Source of the DNA: Bacteroidales bacterium
GTDB lineage: Bacteria > Bacteroidota > Bacteroidia > Bacteroidales > UBA7960
Direction: 5' to 3'
Assembly: GCA_007125585.1 (NCBI GenBank)
Contig: SLCY01000023.1
Span: 1 to 60,739, forward strand
Length of the DNA: 60,739 nucleotides
Notes under the pieces: model-generated
The model's database searches: none
What the model was told of the DNA's origin: nothing
The model's input: only the letters and a program-made list of their open reading frames with translations
Shown here: one piece after another, positions 1 through 9,992 of the stretch
Layout of the letters: each line of letters begins with the position of its first letter
Position numbering within the stretch: position 1 is the first letter of the stretch
Made by a program: the position numbers and the translations under genes

Positions 1-783
1 GGCACCAATGTGGTGGGTGGTGTAACGCCAGGCAAGGGTGGACAGCAGCATCTGGACAGGCCGGTGTTCAACAGCGTGGAGGAAGCGGTAAAACAGGCCG
101 GAGCCAATGTAAGTGTTATTTTTGTCCCCCCTGCATTTGCGACAGATGCTATCATTGAAGCGGCCGAGGCCGGCATTGAAGTGATCGTGTGTATCACTGA
201 AGGCATTCCTGTGCAAGACATGCTCATGATCAAGGAATACCTGAAAGGCAGGTCAGTACGCTTAATTGGTCCGAATTGTCCGGGTGTGATCACGCCGGAA
301 GAGGCCAAGGTGGGTATCATGCCGGGCTTTATTCACAAAAAAGGTTCAATAGGCATTGTGTCACGTTCGGGAACCCTCACATACGAGGCCGTTGACCAGG
401 TCACCAAGGTCGGTTTGGGGCAATCAACATGCATCGGCATCGGCGGTGACCCCATTCCCGGGACAACCATGAAAGAGGCGGTGGAGTTGCTGATGATGGA
501 CTCCGAAACCAAGGGCATCATCCTGATCGGTGAGATCGGTGGAGGGATGGAGGCCGAAGCTGCCCGTTACATCCGCGACCATGGCACCAAGCCGGTTGTG
601 GGCTTCATTGCAGGAGCCACTGCACCCAAGGGACGCACAATGGGTCACGCAGGAGCCATTATCGGTGGCAAGGACGACACGGCAGATGCCAAAAAAGCCA
701 TACTCAAAGAATGCGGAGTGCATGTGGTGGACTCACCAGCGGACATCGGAACACGTATTAAAGAGGTATTTAGTAATCAGTAA
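1..783 (+). CDS. sucD: Succinyl-CoA synthetase alpha subunit (5' end outside the window)
   Basis: Frame is open from base 1 ([14 protein letters not shown]). Contains [22 protein letters not shown] and the phospho-His motif MGHAGA. Confidence 0.97.
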   Translation, partial: GTNVVGGVTPGKGGQQHLDRPVFNSVEEAVKQAGANVSVIFVPPAFATDAIIEAAEAGIEVIVCITEGIPVQDMLMIKEYLKGRSVRLIGPNCPGVITPEEAKVGIMPGFIHKKGSIGIVSRSGTLTYEAVDQVTKVGLGQSTCIGIGGDPIPGTTMKEAVELLMMDSETKGIILIGEIGGGMEAEAARYIRDHGTKPVVGFIAGATAPKGRTMGHAGAIIGGKDDTADAKKAILKECGVHVVDSPADIGTRIKEVFSNQ

Positions 784-844
784 TTAGTATCGATATAACT
801 ACAGAATTATAACACTAATTACTAAATACTAAATACTAATTACT
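767..844. repeat. Inverted arrays of AT-rich heptamer repeats between convergent genes
   Basis: TATTTAG-TAATCAG-TAATTAG (767-787) faces ACTAATT-ACTAAAT-ACTAAAT-ACTAATT-ACT (814-844), its approximate reverse complement. Confidence 0.75.
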
Positions 845-2291
845 CTTCTTCCTCAATAGGCACGTACTGCAATGCACCAATATCCGTGCGTTCCGTCCGG
901 TCGTTTCCCGCCAGGTCATAGGGGATCTCCATGGCAATGTCCGGATTGCCGGCCCCGATGGCGGGCGAATCTTCCGTGAGCCGGAAGTCATGGAAGTGGG
1001 TGTCATAGAATAAAGGGTTTTGGTTAACCAGCGTGCTGATAAAGTTCGGTGAGGATGTATCCATCCCGGTACGGATCAGGCAGTGATCAAAGGTAAACTC
1101 CTCACTCGTCCCTTCATACAGGTCAAAAGCGATCTCCTCCTGATTGTTCCCATACACAATGGTGTTCCCAAAATACAGCTGTTCAAAAGGGCGTACCCGG
1201 ATGATCCCGTCAACATCCTCATAATAATTGTTGAAGAGCACGGATGCGGTGTTTCTGATGTCTGTCCTGTAGTAATTGGCAATGGTGGTATGCCTGAAAT
1301 CATAATGTCCTCCAAGTGCCAAAAGGAGTGCATGTTCACCGCAATTGGCAACAAGAAGGTTCTCTGCCACCACATGTGAACCTTGCGCAAACAGGCCCGC
1401 CAGGCTCTTGTTCCTGATCTCGCTGTTCCTGATACGCAAGGTGGGATCTGTGGCGCTGCCCAGTGTGTCAACATGCAACCCGACAGTGCCGTTTTTTATG
1501 ATGGCATGGTCTATGACATGGTCTTTACTGGTTGCCGTTAACCATATCCGGCCCCATTGTCCGGGCTGATTGCGGTAAAATGACTCGAGCCGGTCCCCCT
1601 GGAAGATCACCGGATGCTCAGCCGTCCCCTCCACCTTCAGGCTGGAGCGCTGCAAAAAGACCAGGCTGGCATTATTGTGGAAGTGTATCCTGGCGCCCTC
1701 TTCCACCCGCAAAGTCACATCAGGTGCCACCACTGCCAAACCATAAACCACGTAAGGCAATTCAGAAGTCCACTCGGTATCCTCGACAATGATGTGATAC
1801 TCCACCCCGTTGGGGTCTGTGTAGTTCGGATGGATGAAATTGGCATCCTGCCCCCATGCAACCAGTTTCACATCCTGTATGTTGCCGTTGGTGTTGAAAA
1901 CGACACTGTCAACAATTGTCAGCGGCAGTTGCTGGTTGACAGGATCCACGGTGACCTCCACAAACACATGCAGGCTGTCATTTGCTTCAATCTCAATGTC
2001 ATACAGTGCCGTTCCTGAATGTCCGTCAACGTTCATGCGGTAAAAGGACTGGCTGGCACCAGCCAGCGACACGGAAGAGAGGCGTACCCGCCTGTGGTGC
2101 GTATTGTACACCTTGAATGAGCGGGTGGCTGACCCAAGCGTGGTAAACACCGTATCGAACAATAATGAATCTTGTGAGAACGTCAGTTTTATCGATGGGT
2201 CGCTGTCAAATCCATCATCACGGCAAGACCAGAAAGTGGTAGCCGTCATCAGTAATGAGAAAAAAACGATCAAAAAACGAACATAATTCAT
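840..2291 (-). CDS. Putative lipoprotein with Ig-like N-terminal region and parallel beta-helix / choice-of-anchor-Q-like C-terminus
   Basis: Likely start MNYVRFLIVFF at 2291 with lipobox FWSC. C-terminal DFRLTEDSPAIGAG...DLAGNDR...DIGALQY is typical of beta-helix surface proteins. Confidence 0.7.
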   Translation of the reverse strand: MNYVRFLIVFFSLLMTATTFWSCRDDGFDSDPSIKLTFSQDSLLFDTVFTTLGSATRSFKVYNTHHRRVRLSSVSLAGASQSFYRMNVDGHSGTALYDIEIEANDSLHVFVEVTVDPVNQQLPLTIVDSVVFNTNGNIQDVKLVAWGQDANFIHPNYTDPNGVEYHIIVEDTEWTSELPYVVYGLAVVAPDVTLRVEEGARIHFHNNASLVFLQRSSLKVEGTAEHPVIFQGDRLESFYRNQPGQWGRIWLTATSKDHVIDHAIIKNGTVGLHVDTLGSATDPTLRIRNSEIRNKSLAGLFAQGSHVVAENLLVANCGEHALLLALGGHYDFRHTTIANYYRTDIRNTASVLFNNYYEDVDGIIRVRPFEQLYFGNTIVYGNNQEEIAFDLYEGTSEEFTFDHCLIRTGMDTSSPNFISTLVNQNPLFYDTHFHDFRLTEDSPAIGAGNPDIAMEIPYDLAGNDRTERTDIGALQYVPIEEEE

Positions 2292-2393
2292 ACGTGCAAC
2301 ATTGACATATAAAAAGAAAACGAAGTCCCCTTTGCTATGGTATGAGAGGGGTAAAAAAAACAGCAAAAACCATTGTGGCAAACAAAATTAATG

Positions 2394-2401
2394 TAATTTT
2401 G
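2394..2401 (+). promoter_or_regulatory. Bacteroidota primary-sigma -7 box
   Basis: TAATTTTG matches TAnnTTTG, about 20 nt upstream of the ATG at 2421. Confidence 0.65.
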
Positions 2402-2420
2402 CAGCCTAAAATACATTCAC

Positions 2421-3110
2421 ATGGCAAAAAAGAAAAAGAAGAAGGAAGACGACAGGAATATTGTAGCGGTAGAGACGGCCCTCAGCAAGTCGGAGCAGTT
2501 TATCGAGCGTAATCAGAACACCATTGTATATACTGTGGCCATCATTGTGATCCTCATTGCCGGCTATATCGGTTATACCCGTTTCATTTTGGAGCCCAGG
2601 GAAAAAGAAGGCCTGGCAGAGATGTTCATGGCAGAAAAATATTTTGAGCAGGGAGATTTTGAGCTGGCCCTGGAAGGCGATGGAGAATACCCTGGCTTTC
2701 TGGATATCCTTTCGGACTATCGAATGACCAAGGCCGCCAACCTCGCCCGCTACTATGCCGGTATCAGCCTCATTATGCTTGAGGAGTATGAGGAAGGCAT
2801 TGAGCACCTGGATCGTTTTCGCAAGCGTGACCAGCTTCTTGGAGCCATGGCCTATGGTGCCATGGGCGATGCATACTGGGATATGGGCGACCTGGATCGT
2901 GCTGCCAGGTATTATCGTCGCGCTTACCGCTACGAGCCCAATAACCTCACCACCCCGGTTTTTCTGCTTAAGGCCGGTCTGTTGTATGAATACACTGGCG
3001 ATTATGAAGAAGCCCTGGCACGTTACCGGAGGATCGACAGGGAATATCCTGACAGCAATGAGGGCCGTGATATAGAAAAATATATAGCACGGGCGAAAGC
3101 AAGCAAATGA
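2421..3110 (+). CDS. Membrane-anchored tetratricopeptide-repeat protein
   Basis: Basic N-terminus, one TM helix (IVYTVAIIVILIAGYIGY), TPR-like helical repeats. Position upstream of ribH is common in Bacteroidota. Confidence 0.85.
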   Translation: MAKKKKKKEDDRNIVAVETALSKSEQFIERNQNTIVYTVAIIVILIAGYIGYTRFILEPREKEGLAEMFMAEKYFEQGDFELALEGDGEYPGFLDILSDYRMTKAANLARYYAGISLIMLEEYEEGIEHLDRFRKRDQLLGAMAYGAMGDAYWDMGDLDRAARYYRRAYRYEPNNLTTPVFLLKAGLLYEYTGDYEEALARYRRIDREYPDSNEGRDIEKYIARAKASK

Positions 3111-3165
3111 CCCCTGCCGATCGTTTTTCCTTTCGATAACTGTTTATTTCCAACACTTCAGGAGT

Positions 3166-3687
3166 ATGGCGGCCAAACAAAAAAACCTTTCTTCATTGGA
3201 GGACCAGTCGTTTCCTGGTGGTCACGGCATGCGCATTGGCATTGTGGTTGCCAACTGGAACAGGGAGGTTACCGATGCTTTGCTGGAAGGGGCTGTCAAT
3301 ACACTTGTCGAACAAGGTGTTGCGGAAGAGGATATTGCTGTGCAAAGGGTGCCCGGAAGTTATGAGCTTCCCCAGGGCGCAGCCATGATGATCCATTCAA
3401 CGACATTGGATGCCGTTATCTGCCTTGGCTGTGTTATACAGGGTGAGACCCGGCATTTTGAATTCATTGCCCAGGCGGTGGCGCATGGCTGTATGAACCT
3501 GGGCCTGGAAACCCTTACGCCTGTCATATTTGGCGTGTTAACCACCGATACTTTTGAACAAGCGCGTGACCGTGCCGGCGGCAAACACGGAAACAAAGGT
3601 GTCGAAGCTGCTGCCGCAGCCATTCAAATGGCAGCTTTTCAACATCTAACAGATCTGGGAGGGGATGAGCCGGGCGATCTGCAGTAA
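3166..3687 (+). CDS. ribH: 6,7-dimethyl-8-ribityllumazine synthase
   Basis: VPGSYELP, CLGCVIQGETRHFEFI, FGVLTT and GNKGVEAA motifs. Confidence 0.96.
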   Translation: MAAKQKNLSSLEDQSFPGGHGMRIGIVVANWNREVTDALLEGAVNTLVEQGVAEEDIAVQRVPGSYELPQGAAMMIHSTTLDAVICLGCVIQGETRHFEFIAQAVAHGCMNLGLETLTPVIFGVLTTDTFEQARDRAGGKHGNKGVEAAAAAIQMAAFQHLTDLGGDEPGDLQ

Positions 3688-3786
3688 CCAAACGCCCCGC
3701 ATCATGCCAGGTGCCAAATGCCAGGCACAGTAAAGCAAAAGGGGCTGTCTTTTCGGAGATTCAACCAAATATATACTATGCCGCCA

Positions 3787-4755
3787 ATGGACATGCGCAT
3801 CGTTTTTATGGGAACACCCGGACTGGCATCCCACATGCTCCAGGCCATTAACGAAAATGGGTATAAGGTGGTAGCCGCTGTCACAGCACCTGACCGGCCT
3901 GCGGGCCGCGGGAGAAAGGTCCGGCGATCACCGGTCAAACAGTATGCCCTCGAAAACAATATCCCGGTATACCAGCCCGAAATCCTGAAAACACCCAGCT
4001 TTATCAGGGCACTTGAAGCACTCAAGCCCGATATTCAGGTGGTGGTGGCCTTCCGTATGCTGCCCGAAGCAGTCTGGTCACTGCCAGCAAAAGGCACCTT
4101 TAATCTGCATGCCTCCCTCCTGCCCGACTACCGGGGTGCAGCACCCATCAACCGGGTCATCATCAATGGTGAAAAGGAAACAGGCGTGACCACCTTCCTG
4201 ATAGACAACAAATTAGATACGGGGAATATACTTTTCAGAAAAATAATCCCGCTACAGGAATACGAAACCGCGGGCAGCCTGGAAGAAAAAGTAAAAATAG
4301 CAGGTGCGGAGCTGGTGCTCCAAACCATCGAAGCAATCGCCAAAGGTACCGTTACACCAATAAGGCAGGAAAGCATCACCGATGATCCGGAAAAGTTGCA
4401 CAAGGCACCGAAAATATACAAGGAAGATCGCCGGATCGAGTGGGACAAGCCCTGCCGGGATGTTGTCAACCATATCCACGGACTCAGTCCCCACCCGGGC
4501 GCCTTCTGTGAAGTGGAGACAACAAAAGGACAATACACCAGCATGAAGGTCTTCGAGGCCAGACCAAAAACTGCAAAGCACGACCTCCGCCCGGGAACCT
4601 TGATCACCGACAATAAAACGTTTTTGCACTTCGCCACCCCTGATGGCTTTGTGAAGGTGCTGCAACTGCAAATAGCAGGGAAAAAGCGCATGCAGACCGG
4701 CGAACTGCTCAGAGGTATGCAGTTTTATTCCCCTGCCTCCCAACACCAATCCTGA
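3787..4755 (+). CDS. fmt: Methionyl-tRNA formyltransferase
   Basis: RIVFMGTP, PDRPAGRG, NLHASLLPDYRGAAPI. Start is uncertain among ATGs at 3778, 3787 and 3793. Confidence 0.95.
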   Translation: MDMRIVFMGTPGLASHMLQAINENGYKVVAAVTAPDRPAGRGRKVRRSPVKQYALENNIPVYQPEILKTPSFIRALEALKPDIQVVVAFRMLPEAVWSLPAKGTFNLHASLLPDYRGAAPINRVIINGEKETGVTTFLIDNKLDTGNILFRKIIPLQEYETAGSLEEKVKIAGAELVLQTIEAIAKGTVTPIRQESITDDPEKLHKAPKIYKEDRRIEWDKPCRDVVNHIHGLSPHPGAFCEVETTKGQYTSMKVFEARPKTAKHDLRPGTLITDNKTFLHFATPDGFVKVLQLQIAGKKRMQTGELLRGMQFYSPASQHQS

Positions 4756-4877
4756 ATCATCATCTCAAGAAGTCAATAAAATGGGGGTTTTCGGTCGAAG
4801 TTATTAACAAAATCCTCAATTTTATCAACAATTTCACATATTTTCCGCTTTGGGCTTGCATTTTATGGGAAATGACC

Positions 4878-4885
4878 TATATTTG
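4878..4885 (+). promoter_or_regulatory. Bacteroidota -7 box for hup
   Basis: TATATTTG, with a TTG at 4857-4859 as a possible -33 element. Confidence 0.65.
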
Positions 4886-4937
4886 CATTAGTTAATGGAA
4901 GCATTTAACTCTATTTTCTAACCAAAAAATCGAAAAA

Positions 4938-5210
4938 ATGAACAAAGCAGAACTCATTGATGCCATTGCATCAGAAGCAAACTTGACAAAAGCAGATGCC
5001 AAAAGGGCCTTAGACGCATTTATTGGTGCGACAACAAAATCATTGAAAAAAGGTGACCGGGTTGCTCTCGTCGGATTCGGTTCTTTCTCTGTTTCGAAAA
5101 GGGATGCACGCAAAGGAAGAAACCCTCAGAGCGGGAAAGAGATCATGATCCCCGCCAAAAAAGTTGTTAAATTCAAAGCAGGCGCTGAACTCGCTGACAT
5201 GGTGAAGTAA
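4938..5210 (+). CDS. hup: DNA-binding protein HU
   Basis: [11 protein letters not shown]...GFGSF...RKGRNPQ...KFKAG, 90 aa. Confidence 0.97.
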   Translation: MNKAELIDAIASEANLTKADAKRALDAFIGATTKSLKKGDRVALVGFGSFSVSKRDARKGRNPQSGKEIMIPAKKVVKFKAGAELADMVK

Positions 5211-5232
5211 GCGCTTCGATTTTTTTGCCTTT

Positions 5233-5261
5233 AAACCCCGGAATCAATCCGGGGTTTTTTT
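5233..5261 (+). terminator. Rho-independent terminator after hup
   Basis: AAACCCCGGA-atcaa-TCCGGGGTTT followed by a T run. Confidence 0.85.
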
Positions 5262-5323
5262 ATATTGCACCATACACTGTTATACATTCAATCAGGCCGT
5301 TAATCATCAGCAATCATTATTGT

Positions 5324-6367
5324 ATGGGTAAAACAGACAAATTGAACGATTTTGACCCCAGTGCTGTTGGCAACACTTCCAACAACATCTTTGGGCTGCC
5401 TTTCGATGTTTCTGAATCCAGGCTGGTGTTCATCCCCGTGCCGTGGGATGTCACAACATCCAATCTTTGCGGGACATCCGGAGGGCCGCATGCCATTTTT
5501 CAGAACTCTTTTCAGATTGATCTTTATGACCCTGTTGTCCCCAATGCATGGAAAAGGGGCATGGCCATGGAAAATATTGACCCTGCCATGGTCAACCGGA
5601 ACAAAGAGTTACGAAGGCAGGCCAAAAAGGTCATCCGGTTTTTGGAATCCGGCAGGATACCTGAAGAAAACCGTGATATAAAGGAACTTCTGAATATAGT
5701 AAACCAGGCTTGCAATGCCCTGATCCTTGATTTGGAGATGAGGTGCCTGCAGTACCTGGAAAACGGCCAGCTCCCTTTTTTGGTCGGGGGGGATCACAGC
5801 ATTTCTACAGGCCTGATACGGGCCCTTGCCAAACAGGATGACAACTTTGGCATCCTTCAGATCGATGCCCATGCGGACATGCGTAAAACATACCAGGGCT
5901 TCTCCCACTCCCATGCTTCTGTGATGGACCAGGCGCTGGAAACAGAAGGCATCTCACAGATCGTACAGGTCGGCATCAGGGAGTTATGCAACGAAGAGGT
6001 GAAAGCAATTTCGCATCATCATAAAAAAGTAAAGACCTTTTTTGACCACGACCTCCATCAGCGACTCTATGAAGGAGAAGTGTGGGCGGAAATATGCCAT
6101 GATATCGTCGACAAGCTTCCCGACAATATTTATATCAGCTTTGATGTGGACGGTCTCGAACCATCATATTGTCCGGGCACCGGCACACCTGTTCCCGGGG
6201 GACTTTCATTCAACATGGCCTTCTGTTTGCTGGAAACCGCCTTCAATGCCGGAAAGCGTTTTATCGGCGGCGACCTTGTGGAAACAGGCCCCACCCCTAT
6301 GGACGGGATCATCTCCTCAAGGATATTATACCGCCTGGCGGGAATGGTGATCCAAAGCAATGAATGA
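5324..6367 (+). CDS. speB: Agmatinase / ureohydrolase family protein
   Basis: Mn-binding motifs GGDHS, DAHAD, SFDVDGL and PGTGTPVPGG. Start placed at MGKTDKL because the longer ORF overlaps the hup terminator. Confidence 0.85.
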   Translation: MGKTDKLNDFDPSAVGNTSNNIFGLPFDVSESRLVFIPVPWDVTTSNLCGTSGGPHAIFQNSFQIDLYDPVVPNAWKRGMAMENIDPAMVNRNKELRRQAKKVIRFLESGRIPEENRDIKELLNIVNQACNALILDLEMRCLQYLENGQLPFLVGGDHSISTGLIRALAKQDDNFGILQIDAHADMRKTYQGFSHSHASVMDQALETEGISQIVQVGIRELCNEEVKAISHHHKKVKTFFDHDLHQRLYEGEVWAEICHDIVDKLPDNIYISFDVDGLEPSYCPGTGTPVPGGLSFNMAFCLLETAFNAGKRFIGGDLVETGPTPMDGIISSRILYRLAGMVIQSNE

Positions 6368-6403
6368 GCCTAAAAAACCTTATAACCATTAATTTGCCTG
6401 GAA

Positions 6404-7081
6404 ATGCGACCCCCCCGTAAAAAACGATTGATACAATATCTTTCGGAATATGTGACAACACAGCGGTTTGAAAAGATGCAGACAGTACTGGACAGGCGGA
6501 CACGCCATCTCTGTGTGGTGATGGAGGATATCTACCAATCGCAGAATGCCAGCGCCGTGCTTCGCTCATGCGATTGTTTCGGCATCCAGGATGTCCATAT
6601 CATCGAAAATCAAAACGTTTATGAGATCAACCCCGACGTGGCCCTGGGTTCATCAAAGTGGCTGAGCCTTTACAAGTATAACAAGCTGGCAAACAATACC
6701 ACAACATGCTTGTCCCATCTGAGAAAGAGCGGTTACCGCATCGTTGCCGCATCGCCCCACCAGGACGACTGCCTGCTGGAAGCGTTGCCCGTAAACCAAA
6801 AGACAGCGCTGGTCTTCGGTACCGAGATGAAAGGCCTGACCCCGCAAGCAAAAAGCCTTGCCGACAGCTTCATCAAGATTCCCATGGTGGGCTTCACCGA
6901 AAGCTTTAATATCTCCGTATCGGTTGCCATATGCCTTTACCATCTCACACCAAAGATCAGGGAAACAATTCGCGGGTGGGAACTCAGCAAGGGGGAAAAA
7001 ACAGAGATCTTGCTCCAGTGGCTGATGAGATCAGTAAATAATCCGGAGGCACTGATCAGGCATTTTGAACAAGAAATGTAA
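6404..7081 (+). CDS. trmH: TrmH/SpoU family RNA 2'-O-methyltransferase
   Basis: NASAVLRSCD, LVFGTE and IPMVGFTESFNISVS SPOUT motifs. Confidence 0.88.
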   Translation: MRPPRKKRLIQYLSEYVTTQRFEKMQTVLDRRTRHLCVVMEDIYQSQNASAVLRSCDCFGIQDVHIIENQNVYEINPDVALGSSKWLSLYKYNKLANNTTTCLSHLRKSGYRIVAASPHQDDCLLEALPVNQKTALVFGTEMKGLTPQAKSLADSFIKIPMVGFTESFNISVSVAICLYHLTPKIRETIRGWELSKGEKTEILLQWLMRSVNNPEALIRHFEQEM

Positions 7082-8441
7082 ACCGTTCGCCCCGTTCTTC
7101 AAAGTTTTTAAATGTATCGTAGCTGGCAGCAGCAGGCGACAGCAAACAGATCCTGCCCTCACGGGTAAGCTGTATGGCCTTTTTCACGGCCTCATCGAAA
7201 GATGCGGGACGGAAAAGGCGCTTTTTTTCAAATCCTTTGCAGGCTTTTGCAATGGAGATCATCCGGTCGCCCGCATCGCCGGTAAACAAAATGTTCATCA
7301 CTGATGACCTGGAAAGAAAGTCGATCAGCGGGATGTAGTCTACACCGCGGTCTTTACCCCCAAGAATAAGGGTTTCCGCTTCAGGGAAGGACATTATTGC
7401 TGCCATGGTGGCCTCCGGGATGGTGGCAATCGAGTCGTTGTAAAAAAGGATCCCTTTGAAAGTGCCCACATATTCCATGCGGTGCGGCAATCCCCTGAAG
7501 GTGGAAACAGCCCCGGGAATATGGTCTGCAGGGACCTGCAATACAAGGGCAGCAGCCACCGCGGCAGCGATATTCTTCAGGTTATGATGGCCGGGGATGA
7601 TGCGGTTTCTACATATCCGGGGAAACAACACCCGCTCCTGTCCATCCGAATAAACCATATCATCTCCGGAACAGCAGATGATGCCCGAACCCTGGCAAGT
7701 GCCTCCGAGCGTTATTGTCCGTGATGGCATATCAACAGAGGATACCAGCGATTGCAGGTGCGGGTTGTCCGCATCGTAAATGAAGACATCTTCTGCACCC
7801 TGCCATCTCACGATGTTCATCTTCGCCTGCTGGTATTCTCCGAAAGAGCTGTAATGGTCCAGGTGCTCTTCAAAGATGTTCAGCAGCACGGCAACTCGTG
7901 GGGAGACCTTTATGCCCTGGAGCTGGTGACTGCTCATCTCAAACACGATCACTGTATCGCTCCCAATATCATCGAGCAACTCAAAACAAGGTGTTCCGAT
8001 GTTTCCGGCAATTAACACGGGGCGTCCTGCTGTTTTGAGAATGTGATACAGCAGGCTGGCAGTGGTACTTTTTCCCTTTGTGCCGCTTATCCCAATAACC
8101 TGTTTTCTGAAAAACCCAAGGAATAGTTCTGTTTGCGAAGTGATGCGACCGGGAAGATCAAGTCCTGACAACTCTGAAAAAGGGATGCCTGGCGATTTGA
8201 TGATGATGTCGGCTTTTGTGAGTCCGCGGAGATATTCCGGCCCGAGAAACCACTGATCTCCCGGAGTTAAGCGCTCTGCAGCAATCGTTTCGCGCACCGA
8301 CCCGTTGCGATCGCAAATGATCAGGTCCTGATCCGGCAAGAATTGCTTTAAGCGACCGCAGGTTGATCGCCCTTCTTTGCCAAAGCCAAGAATCGCGACA
8401 CGTTTTCCTTTGAAAAGATCTTGAAATCGATTTTCAATCAT
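7056..8441 (-). CDS. murD: UDP-MurNAc-L-Ala:glutamate ligase, probably the MurD2 (L-Glu) type
   Basis: SPGI, SGTKGKSTT, GNIG, EMSSHQL, EHLDHY, HRME, YNDSIAT, LSPAAASYDTFKNFEERG. Start MIENRF overlaps the upstream stop (ATGA, 8438-8441). Confidence 0.9.
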   Translation of the reverse strand: MIENRFQDLFKGKRVAILGFGKEGRSTCGRLKQFLPDQDLIICDRNGSVRETIAAERLTPGDQWFLGPEYLRGLTKADIIIKSPGIPFSELSGLDLPGRITSQTELFLGFFRKQVIGISGTKGKSTTASLLYHILKTAGRPVLIAGNIGTPCFELLDDIGSDTVIVFEMSSHQLQGIKVSPRVAVLLNIFEEHLDHYSSFGEYQQAKMNIVRWQGAEDVFIYDADNPHLQSLVSSVDMPSRTITLGGTCQGSGIICCSGDDMVYSDGQERVLFPRICRNRIIPGHHNLKNIAAAVAAALVLQVPADHIPGAVSTFRGLPHRMEYVGTFKGILFYNDSIATIPEATMAAIMSFPEAETLILGGKDRGVDYIPLIDFLSRSSVMNILFTGDAGDRMISIAKACKGFEKKRLFRPASFDEAVKKAIQLTREGRICLLSPAAASYDTFKNFEERGERFTFLVQNA

Positions 8442-9892
8442 GGGTACCGTTGCTGGGGTTCGCCGGACCATCCGTTTGCAATGCCGCCGGGATCCATTAA
8501 TACACTTTTTACAAGTTTTTCAAAACCGGGTGCCAGACAGTGGTCTGCATCAAAGTTACGGATATATTCAGCCAATGGCCTGTCCTGGTATTCGGGATAC
8601 CGTTCGCTGTCTTTATAATACGACAAAAGTGGGGGCAAACCCATGTGGTTGTTTAACCTGTTCTTCACGGTATGGGCCAGGGCGATGTTCACCTCATCGA
8701 TGGTGCCGACACATTCAAATGGTTTTGCATCACTGAGCCCGCACAGGTCATTGAGCGTTTCTTTCAATGCCGTGTCAGAGAACAGATCCCTGCCAAATAT
8801 ATTCATCAGGGCTCCGGGTGAGAGGAATGGTGACAGGACCACATAGGTAAAGAGGCATTTGGCGCATTTGCCGCACCATGTGTTTTGTTTGCTGCCCACA
8901 TTGCAGCTCCTGAACCTTGAGTGGTATTTTTTCTGACGGGAAAAGAGGGCTGCTATCTGCAATTCGTTCAGGGGCCTGAGAAGGCTGAAATAGCTGTGCC
9001 GGCTGTCAACATGATCAGCCACATAACTCCTGAAGTCCCTCTCGAATTCCAGCGACTTGCTGTACTGGTGGTTTATCCTGGTACCGGGGATGGAAGGTTC
9101 ACTGGCACTCGATTCATTCGAGAGGGCTATGTGCTTGATTGCCGCATTTTTCGCTGCAAAGAAAGAAACGAATGCCAACATGGCAGAAAATGGCGTGTGT
9201 CCGTTAAGAAACCCTTGCTTGTTAAGTTCCAGCAAAAGGGGGTCCATTTTCCGGTTCAGCGTGATGACTTCAGGGGGAGAAAAGCCTGCGGTTTCAAGAA
9301 CCTCACTGGTTGCACCGCGCGGGTTTACCACAAAAGGGACAATCTTGTACCCCGAACATTTCAGCACCTCCAGGCTGACCACAGAGTCTTTGCCACCGCC
9401 AACCGGGACGAGCACGGTGCCGGCATCTCCGGTAACCGGCGAAACATCTTTATCGGGCAACGGTCCACAGGCATCGGGAAATTCAAAATCTACCATTTCC
9501 GGTCCGGGCATGGGAATGCCATTGGTATAAAAAAATTCACCCAGCCCATAACGAAACAACTTTTTCCACCAGGTCTGTTGTTCAACCGACAAGAGATAGG
9601 GCTCTATTCGGATACGCGGAGAACAGAAGGCTTTCCAGTAGCTGAGCATCTCAATCATGCCCAGATGAAACACCAACAAGCGCTCTATACCTGGTTGTTG
9701 AAACAGCAGGTTGCGGGTTTTCCCAAAGTCAAAATACAGACGGGGATTGAAGGCATAATGGTCGCCGGCTTCGAACTCAAACGCTACCTCTGTATTGTTC
9801 TGATTTTGAAGAACATGAAAGCCCTTATAAGAGAAAACAGGATATGCCTTCCTTAACTCCCGGTATCTTTGTTGATGATCCTGGATTACCAT
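8438..9892 (-). CDS. murL: UDP-MurNAc-L-Ala-L-Glu epimerase (MurL family)
   Basis: PP-loop-like VPVGGGKDS, NGHTPFSA, SNESSA, NHQYSKS, WCGKCAKC and KPFECVG. Coupled to a murD gene as in murL-murD2 loci. Confidence 0.8.
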   Translation of the reverse strand: MVIQDHQQRYRELRKAYPVFSYKGFHVLQNQNNTEVAFEFEAGDHYAFNPRLYFDFGKTRNLLFQQPGIERLLVFHLGMIEMLSYWKAFCSPRIRIEPYLLSVEQQTWWKKLFRYGLGEFFYTNGIPMPGPEMVDFEFPDACGPLPDKDVSPVTGDAGTVLVPVGGGKDSVVSLEVLKCSGYKIVPFVVNPRGATSEVLETAGFSPPEVITLNRKMDPLLLELNKQGFLNGHTPFSAMLAFVSFFAAKNAAIKHIALSNESSASEPSIPGTRINHQYSKSLEFERDFRSYVADHVDSRHSYFSLLRPLNELQIAALFSRQKKYHSRFRSCNVGSKQNTWCGKCAKCLFTYVVLSPFLSPGALMNIFGRDLFSDTALKETLNDLCGLSDAKPFECVGTIDEVNIALAHTVKNRLNNHMGLPPLLSYYKDSERYPEYQDRPLAEYIRNFDADHCLAPGFEKLVKSVLMDPGGIANGWSGEPQQRYP

Positions 9893-9992
9893 TTGAACAT
9901 TGGCAAAGTTTTTGTTGTTCTAATGGTGAACAACACATCAAAAATAAGAAATATCCCTTACAGGGGACCATCAATTTCTTGATCGGTTGGTT

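Noticed and set aside
8921-9856. 311-aa plus-strand ORF opposite murL
   Set aside because: Lies entirely antisense to a motif-rich gene and has no recognisable features; a shadow ORF.
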